A model generated the notes under the pieces. The model was given only the letters and a program-made list of their open reading frames with translations. It was not told the origin of the DNA and searched no databases. Shown here piece by piece: positions 56,831 to 64,000 of a DNA stretch of 64,000 bases (position 1 is its first letter; the number at the start of each line of letters is the position of its first letter). This DNA comes from Nannocystales bacterium. Its GTDB lineage: Bacteria > Myxococcota_A > Polyangia > Nannocystales > Nannocystaceae. The DNA is taken from contig JBOEGF010000008.1 of the NCBI GenBank assembly GCA_050633305.1, forward strand, positions 32,001-96,000, in the 5' to 3' direction. The position numbers and the translations under genes are program-made.

Positions 56831-57946
56831 CTAGGCTCCGCGTTCGCGGAAGTACTCGATGGTCTCCGACCAGCCTTGCTGGAACGAGAGCAGCGGCACG
56901 TACTCCAGGTCGCGCTCCGCTCTGGAGATGTCGAACCATCGATCGATGAGCAGCATCTTGACCGCAAAGGTGTTGAGCTTGAGCTTGCGCATCACGTGGG
57001 GGTACGGCTTCCCGGTCGCCTTGGACATCACCTGCCCCACGCCCATCGTCGCCCGAGCCGCGCCCATCATCAGCCATGGGGGCAGCGAGCGCTTGGCCTT
57101 GAGTGATGGAAGCCCGACCCCTGTGACCGCTTGTTCCAACGCATCCCACAGCAGCTGTGGCTCTTTGTCGGTGCAAACGTAGAACTTCGCGAGGGCCGCG
57201 GATCCTTCGTGTAGAGCCTCGGCGCCGAGGATCAGCCCGTGGCAGTAGTTGTCCACGTGTGTGAACGAGATCTTGTTTTTTCCATCTCCGAACACACGAA
57301 GCTTCCCGCCACGCGCGGCTTCGAGGATGCTCGGCAAGAACAGTGGGTCCCGGGGTCCGTAGACCTGGTGGGGCGCGACCGCGATCGTCATCAGCGTGTC
57401 GGAACACGCCTCGAGCACCGCCTGCTCGCCCATCGCTTTCGTACGGGCGTAAGTCGCGTGGAACTGCGGAGAGTAGGTGCCACCGTTGTCCGCCTCGAGC
57501 TCGTCTTCCCGTTTGCCGCGGACGTTGGGGTCGGGGTACGGAAACCGAGTGCTCGGGCTGCTGCTCAAGACAAGCTTGCGGATCCCGTGGGTGCGGCAGG
57601 CTTCAAGCACGTTGAGGCAGCCTCCGTAGTTGACCGCCTCGTACGTGTGCTCCTCGTGATAGGGGCCGACCAACGCGGCCAGGTGGAACACGCACTCCAC
57701 GCCTTCGCAGGCATTCTTGACCGCCTCGGCGTCGGTGATATCACCACGAACAACTTCGACTTCGGGCTGCGTGAACGGTTCGGGCGGCTCACCGATATCG
57801 AAGGCTACGACACGCTCTGCACCGCGCTCGATCAACATCTCGACCAAGCGTTGGCCAACGAAGCCACTGGATCCCGTCACCACGGCGGTGCGGGGAACGT
57901 CACGGAAGCCGGGCTGATCGGAGGCCTGCGTCATCGGTCGCAGCAT
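56831..57946 (-). CDS. 3-beta-hydroxysteroid dehydrogenase/NSDHL-like extended SDR
   Basis: TGSSGFVG, GDIT, FHLAA, YARTK (YxxxK), PHQVYGPRD, FTHVDN. Confidence 0.85.
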   Translation of the reverse strand: MLRPMTQASDQPGFRDVPRTAVVTGSSGFVGQRLVEMLIERGAERVVAFDIGEPPEPFTQPEVEVVRGDITDAEAVKNACEGVECVFHLAALVGPYHEEHTYEAVNYGGCLNVLEACRTHGIRKLVLSSSPSTRFPYPDPNVRGKREDELEADNGGTYSPQFHATYARTKAMGEQAVLEACSDTLMTIAVAPHQVYGPRDPLFLPSILEAARGGKLRVFGDGKNKISFTHVDNYCHGLILGAEALHEGSAALAKFYVCTDKEPQLLWDALEQAVTGVGLPSLKAKRSLPPWLMMGAARATMGVGQVMSKATGKPYPHVMRKLKLNTFAVKMLLIDRWFDISRAERDLEYVPLLSFQQGWSETIEYFRERGA

Positions 57947-58074
57947 GGACCGACGAGCGGTCGAGACTCAAGGGCGAGAGCGTGCGACGGAGCACGCATC
58001 GGAGCGAGCCCCAGAACCACGAAAAAGAGGGCCGCGGGCCGAACATCGACCGCGGCCCCCGAATCGAACGTCGG

Positions 58075-58473
58075 TCATGCTCCGGCGTCGGCCGCCTTGG
58101 CCTCTTTCTTCTCCGCCTCGATTTGTGCTCGGACCTCGTCCATGTCGAGTTCGCGAACCTTCGTGATCATCTCCTCGAGCGCCGAAGGCGGAAGTGCGCC
58201 TGCTTCTTGTGCAAGCAGGATGTTGTCCCGAAACACCATCAGTGTCGGAATCGAGCGAATCTGGAACGCTTGCGCCAACGCCTGCTGAGCCTCGGTGTCG
58301 ATCTTTCCGAACTTGATGTCGGGGTGCTTTGCCGCCGCCGCTTCGAACGTCGGAGCGAATGCGCGACACGGTCCGCACCAGGCAGCCCAGAAATCGAGCA
58401 GCACGATGCCCTCTTTGACGGTGTCGGGAAAGTTGCTCTCCGTAATCTCGAGCGTGGATCCTTGCGTTGCCAT
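58075..58473 (-). CDS. trxA: Thioredoxin
   Basis: DFWAAWCGPC, IRSIPT. Confidence 0.95.
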   Translation of the reverse strand: MATQGSTLEITESNFPDTVKEGIVLLDFWAAWCGPCRAFAPTFEAAAAKHPDIKFGKIDTEAQQALAQAFQIRSIPTLMVFRDNILLAQEAGALPPSALEEMITKVRELDMDEVRAQIEAEKKEAKAADAGA

Positions 58474-58683
58474 ATCAGCCTCCACCCCTACAACGAGTTG
58501 GGGTGGAGGCAGGTTACGGCACGTCCGCCGCCCCGGGGGAGCAGCCGGCTACGCGTTGGCACACGCCGGAAACCGGTGCGTGGATTGGCTCCCGCCACCG
58601 CGGTGTACGAAGCCGTGCGCCCAGACACGCGCCCGCCCAGGTCTTCCTTGCGAGCAGACCAACCGCTACGGTCTCGTTGAACG

Positions 58684-59376
58684 ATGGCCTCCCCCACTGA
58701 CCCCATCACCGAGTTGCCGACCCGAGACGGGTACGACCGCTGGTCTTCGAGCTACGACAGCTACGACAATCCGCTGATTGCACTCGAGGAGCCGGTGGTT
58801 CGGGAGCGCATTGGATCGCCGAAGGGCTTGGACGTCCTCGACGTCGGATGCGGGACGGGTCGGCACGCGCACTGGATGGCCCGGAATGGCGCCCATGTGA
58901 CCGGCGTCGATTTCTCGCTGGGCATGCTCGAACAGCTGCGCAGCAAGGACGCGCCCGAGCTCCGTCTCATCGAACACGACCTCACACAGGGGCTGCCGCA
59001 GACGGATGACAGCGCGGACCTTGTCACCTGCTGTCTCGTGCTTGAGCACCTGCCAAAGCTTGAGCTCATCTTCGCGGAGATGGCCCGGGTCTGCCGACCC
59101 GGAGGGCGTGTTCTCATCAGCGATTTTCACCCCGAGATGCTCCGGCGGGGCTACCACGCACGCTTCCGCGAGGCTCCGGGCGGACCGAAGTTTCAGATGC
59201 AGGGAGAGGCGCACACGATCTCGGACTACGTGATGGCTGCAACCCAAGCCGGGTTCGCCATCACCCACGCCTCCGAGCACACCATGACGTCGACACTTGC
59301 CGAGTCCTCTCGAAGTGCGAAGAAGTGGATCGGGCTCCCCCTGTTGTTCGTGCTCGAGTGCACCCAGGCGCGGTGA
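58684..59376 (+). CDS. Class I SAM-dependent methyltransferase
   Basis: VLDVGCGTG, GVDFS..ML, RV.RPGG. Confidence 0.92.
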   Translation: MASPTDPITELPTRDGYDRWSSSYDSYDNPLIALEEPVVRERIGSPKGLDVLDVGCGTGRHAHWMARNGAHVTGVDFSLGMLEQLRSKDAPELRLIEHDLTQGLPQTDDSADLVTCCLVLEHLPKLELIFAEMARVCRPGGRVLISDFHPEMLRRGYHARFREAPGGPKFQMQGEAHTISDYVMAATQAGFAITHASEHTMTSTLAESSRSAKKWIGLPLLFVLECTQAR

Positions 59377-59494
59377 CGGCCCCGTAGCGCCCGCCGCGAC
59401 GCAGGTCCGTCAGCGGGGCCACGAGCCGGACTCCGGGCGGATGCTGCGTGTCTCGACGCGCCGGGGTGCTTCTCGATGCGTTCCGCGGTGGCAC

Positions 59495-59524
59495 TTGACG
59501 CTGCACGCACACATCACCGATGCT
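59495..59524 (+). promoter_or_regulatory. Possible sigma70 promoter (TTGACG-N18-GATGCT)
   Basis: Good -35 box, weak -10 box, directly before a structured leader. Confidence 0.4.
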
Positions 59525-59530
59525 TGCGTC

Positions 59531-59705
59531 AGGGCGATGACTCGCGCCCAACCCCAAGGTCGGACCCCCAGCGCCGGCATCCAACGTGGGACCCAACGAG
59601 GGAACAGGGGCAAAGGAGGGCAAACCTCCGAGTCGGGATCCGAACACCTTTGAGCGTCGTCGGTGCGCATGGCTGGGGCATGGCTCGTGACGGCAGCACG
59701 AAGGA
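59531..59705 (+). ncRNA. Candidate structured RNA / 5' leader
   Basis: Nested helices CCCCAGC/GCTGGGG and GCCGGC/GTCGGT; hairpins GGGCG/CGCCC, GGAGG/CCTCC, TCGTG/CACGA. Confidence 0.4.
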
Positions 59706-59712
59706 AATCGGA

Positions 59713-60399
59713 ATGCCCACGCAAAAAGACTTCAAACGCATTGTTCGCGCTCGCATGGAGAAGACCGGTGAGTCCTACACCGCCGCGCGCTCGGCCCTGC
59801 TCACCAAAGCTGCCTCCGCCGCCGCCCCCAAACCCGCCGCCCCCAAATCTCGATGGCCAGAGCTCGCCGGGATGAGCGATGCAGCCGTTCGAACCAAGAC
59901 AGGCCGCACCTGGGCGCAGTGGGTGACCACGCTCGACAAGGAACGCGCGTGGGAGTGGAGCCACCGCGACATCGCCACGCATCTAGTCGAGCACCACCAG
60001 GGCGTGAGCTTCTGGTGGGGTCAGACGATCACCGTCGGATACGAGCGTATTCGTGGACTGCGCGACGTCGGCCAACGTCGAGGCGGAACCTACGACGCCA
60101 ACAAGACACGAACCTTCGCGGTCGATCTCGAGACGCTCTACCGGATGTTCGCGGACGCGAGGCGCCGACGGCGGTGGCTCTCCGAGGGTCTCACCAAGAT
60201 TCGAACCTCGAGGGTCAACACCTCGATGCGGCTAGACTGGGACGACGGGACGCGGGTGATGCTGCACTTCACCGGCAAGGGCCCCACCAAGAGCTCGGTC
60301 TCGATCCAGCACTCGATGCTGCCGGACAAAGCATCCGCGGAGGCTGCCAAGGCGGCATGGCATGAGCGGCTCAACAACCTTCGCGACGTGCTTCGCTGA
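59713..60399 (+). CDS. Hypothetical protein: basic KRIVRARMEKTGESYTAAR N-terminus, DUF4287-like middle, SRPBCC-like C-terminus
   Basis: SD AAGGA and ATG 59713. KTGR.W..W, H..IA..L, WW.Q.ITV.YE, V.IQH. Confidence 0.8.
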   Translation: MPTQKDFKRIVRARMEKTGESYTAARSALLTKAASAAAPKPAAPKSRWPELAGMSDAAVRTKTGRTWAQWVTTLDKERAWEWSHRDIATHLVEHHQGVSFWWGQTITVGYERIRGLRDVGQRRGGTYDANKTRTFAVDLETLYRMFADARRRRRWLSEGLTKIRTSRVNTSMRLDWDDGTRVMLHFTGKGPTKSSVSIQHSMLPDKASAEAAKAAWHERLNNLRDVLR

Positions 60400-60413
60400 C
60401 GTCCCAACGCGAA

Positions 60414-60444
60414 GACGGACGCCTCCCGCGCGGCGGCGTCCGTC
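60414..60444 (+). terminator. GC-rich hairpin after the gene, no U-tract
   Basis: GACGGACGCC-N11-GGCGTCCGTC perfect 10-bp stem. Confidence 0.4.
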
Positions 60445-60519
60445 GTCGGCCCGGCGCGAACCTCGTAGAACAGGAGCCCACAGGTGATGTGGTAGGATGT
60501 GCGCAGGGTGTTGGAAGCG

Positions 60520-61689
60520 ATGGAACTGCGGCGGGTTGGTTGGGTGGTCTTCGCGGCTTGGACCGTGGCGTGCGGCGGCGAAGATGGTCGGCAAGAAGAA
60601 CAAGGGCTGACGCAAGGTGCATCGATCACCTTGTCGGGAGGATCCGCGGTCGGCACGGACGGCGAAGACGAGTCGAGTGAGGGGGAGTCCGGGCTTGGCA
60701 ACACGAGCAACCCCACGACGGCATCCGCGGGCGAGGAAGGCGGCGTCAACGGTTGCGAAGAACTCATCGACGAAGCCGACCTCGGCCCCAGACCCCAGGA
60801 CATCATCTTCGCGGTCGACACTTCGGCATCGATGATCCAGGAGGCCGGGTTCGTTCAGCAGCAGATGAACTCGTTCTCGATTCAGATCGATGCGGCCCAG
60901 GTCGACGCCCGCATCATCCTGCTGTCGGACTACTCGTTTCTGATCAGCCCCGGTGTGTGCATCGATCCTCCGCTCGGCTCCGGCGGCTGCCCGACGATGG
61001 ACTCGAACCCACCGGACTTTCTGCATGTACCCGACAGCGGTGTGGGCAGCAGTGATGCGTTGCTGCGTCTGATCGAGCTGTACCCAGGGTACGCTCCGCT
61101 GCTGCGCCCCAACGCGCTGACCCACGTCGTTGTGGTCACCGATGACAACTCTTCACTGAGCGCGGACGACTTCACCGACCAGTTTTCCGGCTTGGCCGAG
61201 CATCTGGGCAACTTCGTCTTTCACGGCATCGTCAGCTCGCTCGACCCCGACGGCCCCGCATGTGGGTCATGCTGCGCGCTGGGAGCGAGCCAAGGCACGG
61301 TGTACCAAGAGCTCATCTCCGTCACGGGCGGTGTCGAAGGCAACCTCTGCGACCAAGAATTCCAGCCTGTGTTCGGCGCCGTCGCCCAGCAGGTCATCGG
61401 CGGCGCCTCGCTTGCGTGCAACTACCAGATCCCCGACCCACCGGACGGCGAAGTCTTCGACCAGGACGAGGTCAACGTCGAGTTCGAGGACTCCGACGGA
61501 GTCCCCCTACCCATCGGACGGGTCGACTCCGAGGCCGCCTGCGCGGGTGTGACGCACGGCTGGTACTACGACGATCCGGTCGACCCCACGCGCATCATTG
61601 TCTGCCCGCAGACCTGCGACACGATTCGCGACTTCGAGGCCGGCAAGGTTGCGATCAAGTTCGGCTGCGAGACGATTCCTGCGGCCTGA
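60520..61689 (+). CDS. vWA-domain Cys-rich lipoprotein
   Basis: TVAC lipobox, S/T/E linker, DIIFAVDTSASM MIDAS, VVVTDD, GWYYD...I..CP..C. Confidence 0.85.
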   Translation: MELRRVGWVVFAAWTVACGGEDGRQEEQGLTQGASITLSGGSAVGTDGEDESSEGESGLGNTSNPTTASAGEEGGVNGCEELIDEADLGPRPQDIIFAVDTSASMIQEAGFVQQQMNSFSIQIDAAQVDARIILLSDYSFLISPGVCIDPPLGSGGCPTMDSNPPDFLHVPDSGVGSSDALLRLIELYPGYAPLLRPNALTHVVVVTDDNSSLSADDFTDQFSGLAEHLGNFVFHGIVSSLDPDGPACGSCCALGASQGTVYQELISVTGGVEGNLCDQEFQPVFGAVAQQVIGGASLACNYQIPDPPDGEVFDQDEVNVEFEDSDGVPLPIGRVDSEAACAGVTHGWYYDDPVDPTRIIVCPQTCDTIRDFEAGKVAIKFGCETIPAA

Positions 61690-61734
61690 GCCGACCGCGC
61701 CGAGTCTGTGGGCAACGCGGTAACCTCGGGGCCC

Positions 61735-62211
61735 GTGGCGAAACCTCAGGACCCAACAGTCGCGATGCGAGAGCGCGCCGCCGCCTACCCCGATGTCGAT
61801 GCGGGCACGGCCTGCACCCAGAGTTCCTTCAAGGTCCACAAGAAGTCGTTCTTCTTTGTCGGCGAGCAAGGCGGGCGCTTCAAGGCGATGTTCAAGCTGG
61901 ACAGTTCCCGTGACGAGGCGTTCGCACGCGCGGCCGCAGACCCGCAAGAGGTTCAGATCGGCGCGGGGGTGTGGGTCACGGCCCGCTTCAGCGCGACCAA
62001 GCCGCTGCCCAAACGCGTTTGGGTCAAATGGCTCGACGAGAGCTACGCGCTGACCGCCTCCAAGAAGAAGACCGCCTCCAAGAAGAAGACCGCCTCCAAG
62101 AAGAAGACCGCCTCCAAGAAGAAGACCGCCTCCAAGAAGAAGACCGCCTCCAAGAAGAAGACCGCCTCCAAGAAGAAGACCGCCTCCAAGAAGAAGACTT
62201 CGCGGGGCTAG
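61735..62211 (+). CDS. MmcQ/YjbR-like protein with Lys-rich repeat tail
   Basis: FKV..K.F, FKL, G..VW, W..ESY then (TASKKK)x8. Start uncertain. Confidence 0.75.
   Translation: MAKPQDPTVAMRERAAAYPDVDAGTACTQSSFKVHKKSFFFVGEQGGRFKAMFKLDSSRDEAFARAAADPQEVQIGAGVWVTARFSATKPLPKRVWVKWLDESYALTASKKKTASKKKTASKKKTASKKKTASKKKTASKKKTASKKKTASKKKTSRG
62053..62196 (+). repeat. Perfect tandem repeat, 8 x 18 bp (ACCGCCTCCAAGAAGAAG)
   Basis: Counted directly; all copies identical. Confidence 0.97.
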
Positions 62212-62220
62212 GCGGCGTTC

Positions 62221-63081
62221 CTAGGCTGGCCGCTCTGGCTGCACGGTCAATACGGCCGCGCGCACCTTGTCGGCCAAGATCTGGTCGCTGGCGAACATGA
62301 CCCCGCAGTCGGCGAGGAATGGCGTGTCTGGCCGGTTCAACGGAAGAGGCTCGCCGGCGAATGTCGTTGCGACGCCGCCCGCTTCCCGAAAGAAACAAGC
62401 CGTCGCCGCGTAGTCCCACAGGCATCCTCCGCCCCGCCCGGCGCGCGGAAGCTTGAAATACACCGCGGGCGGAAACGTGAGCGCGCACCATGCATTGAGC
62501 ACCGCGGCCTGTCCGACGTTGATCGCGACCGAGCCGAGCTGCTCCGCAATGCGGCGATTGGTGGGCACATCGTCGAAGCTCCAGTCCCCGAACACCTGCA
62601 TGACGCCGGAGCGAGTCCACGGCCACCACTCATCGCCGTCGACCACGAGCCCGCCGTCGAGGACAGCCTGGGCTCGCTGTCCGGAGAACACGTCATGCAT
62701 GACCCCGACCAGCGGGACCCCATCTTGGCGCACGAGGGAGATCGACACCGCCGGACCTCGCCGTCCCCGGATGTACGCGAGCGTGCCATCCAAAGGATCG
62801 ATGCACCAAAACGCGGGGGCCCTCAGACGCGAGCCGTCGTCGTCTCTCTCCTCGGTGAGCAGTCCAAAGTCCCCGAGCGCAGGCTGAAGGGTTTCGAGAA
62901 TGATCGCCTCGCTCCCGCGGTCGACCTCCGTCACGACCTGCGACGCGGCCCCGTCTCCCCCATCTTTGTGCTCGACGACGGCGGGTCGACGACCCTTGAT
63001 GTACGCGGCCGCCTTTGCAGCCGCCTCTTCAGCGAGTTTGGCCAGCCGCCACAGTTCATCGGGGTTCTTGTTCATCGTCAT
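62221..63081 (-). CDS. Inositol monophosphatase/CysQ-family phosphatase
   Basis: [24 protein letters not shown]....REAGG. Start 63081 or 63075. Confidence 0.9.
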   Translation of the reverse strand: MTMNKNPDELWRLAKLAEEAAAKAAAYIKGRRPAVVEHKDGGDGAASQVVTEVDRGSEAIILETLQPALGDFGLLTEERDDDGSRLRAPAFWCIDPLDGTLAYIRGRRGPAVSISLVRQDGVPLVGVMHDVFSGQRAQAVLDGGLVVDGDEWWPWTRSGVMQVFGDWSFDDVPTNRRIAEQLGSVAINVGQAAVLNAWCALTFPPAVYFKLPRAGRGGGCLWDYAATACFFREAGGVATTFAGEPLPLNRPDTPFLADCGVMFASDQILADKVRAAVLTVQPERPA

Positions 63082-64000
63082 CCAACACCTGGCGGGCCAG
63101 GCCCTCGCTGTAGCCGTGAATCTTGGGGTGGCCCGGGCTCCACCCCTGCAAGAACCGGTAGAAGTCGGTCCAAGCGACGGGGTAGAGGGTACGCCAACTC
63201 TCCTCCAACGCGTCGATGTCGACATCCTGGGCGACTTCGCCGAGGACCGCAAAGTAGTGGTCCAGCAGGCCAGGAACGACGTCCTTCGCATCGGACTCCC
63301 CCACACAGCTGCTGATGAAATACGCCACGTCCTTCATGCCGCAACCACCACCGACATACTGGAAATCGACTGCCGCGACCTCCCCGGGCGCTCCGAAACA
63401 GAAGTTCGCCAGCTTGGCGTCACCGTGCACCAGCGTCTGGAACGGCGTCTCGCGGAGTCGCGCGGCAATCCGGCCCGCCGCGTCTTTCAGCCGACCGGAC
63501 GGAAGCGAATCCCACTCATCGGGCCGGGTCTCGAGATGCCAGTACGTCCCCTCGGACCACAGGCCCTGGGGCACACAACCGAGGAAGGTCGCATGGAAGC
63601 TGGCAAGCCACGACAGACAGCCCCGGACATCCTGCCCCGTCACACTCGAGGAGCGGCGTGGAAATCCCGAGATATCGAGGTCCTCGAGAACGAGGAGGAC
63701 ACCGTCCTTCGTGGCCTGCGTGCCGAGGCACTGCGGAACCCGGCAGGACGCATCGCAGCGAGAGGCATAGTCCTCATACCAAGTCGACTCGACCGCGTAC
63801 GACTTGACCTTGCGAGCATGCCCGCGATCGGTCGCCCACCCGCGAGGGTGTTGCTGCTCGCCGGGCCACTGGACATGTTTGACGATCACACTCGACGTCG
63901 AGCCGCCTGCCAAGCGGCAACGAAGGATCTTCCCGTACCCGCTCCACAGGGTCTGCAGCGGCTGGGTCTGCGAGACCGCATCCGCGCCCGTGGTTTTACA
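63056..64000 (-). CDS. APH/ecdysteroid-kinase-like phosphotransferase, 5'-truncated by the window edge
   Basis: Frame is open to 64000. LWSGYG, VIVK, LEDL, HGDAK.AN, VDFQY.G.G.G..D. Confidence 0.88.
   Translation of the reverse strand, partial: CKTTGADAVSQTQPLQTLWSGYGKILRCRLAGGSTSSVIVKHVQWPGEQQHPRGWATDRGHARKVKSYAVESTWYEDYASRCDASCRVPQCLGTQATKDGVLLVLEDLDISGFPRRSSSVTGQDVRGCLSWLASFHATFLGCVPQGLWSEGTYWHLETRPDEWDSLPSGRLKDAAGRIAARLRETPFQTLVHGDAKLANFCFGAPGEVAAVDFQYVGGGCGMKDVAYFISSCVGESDAKDVVPGLLDHYFAVLGEVAQDVDIDALEESWRTLYPVAWTDFYRFLQGWSPGHPKIHGYSEGLARQVLDDDEQEPR

Noticed and set aside
58075..58473. Second selenoprotein candidate (thioredoxin)
   Set aside because: The active site is ordinary WCGPC with Cys codons.
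62053..62196. CRISPR array
   Set aside because: The repeats are contiguous with no spacers, lie in frame within a CDS, and no cas genes are present.
61971..62300. Alternative-frame ORF with (LQEEDR)n
   Set aside because: By-product of the stop-free 18-bp repeat. The TASKKK frame continues a recognisable domain.
1..64000. tRNA (including selC), rRNA, prophage, sel genes
   Set aside because: None recognised by eye. tRNAscan-SE or Infernal would be needed to exclude small RNAs.

Overview
GC-rich window with about 55 protein-coding genes. I found no rRNA, tRNA or CRISPR array. The gene content (Cys-rich DUF4215 repeats, a DUF1592/DUF1552 pair, Hanks kinases, VIT-vWA-TPR, many lipoproteins) suggests a myxobacterium; this is an inference. 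The top finding is missed by the ORF track. The 283-aa outer-membrane barrel ORF at 31765 extends in frame to an ATG at 31603, encoding a clean signal peptide followed by G-TGA-P-G-TGA. This is a probable UxxU (double selenocysteine) motif, with a SECIS-like hairpin just downstream. The gene lies between a siderophore-interacting protein and a hemerythrin-like gene. Other candidate undescribed systems: (i) a PAS-TPR / roadblock / OmpA / membrane roadblock / ODP di-iron operon with no chemoreceptor or GTPase; (ii) an operon of a Tat lipoprotein, DyP and a catalase-like lipoprotein, divergent from a Tat-type SOD and a COG0523 GTPase; (iii) a structured leader of about 180 nt before a gene with a basic KxxVRARMxKTGESY N-terminus. 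Several regulatory sites can be read directly: ECF41-like and ECF42-like promoters, a sigma54 promoter, a WYL/YafY-linked palindrome and OmpR/PhoB-type 11-bp repeats. All family calls come from motif recognition by eye; no database search was run.
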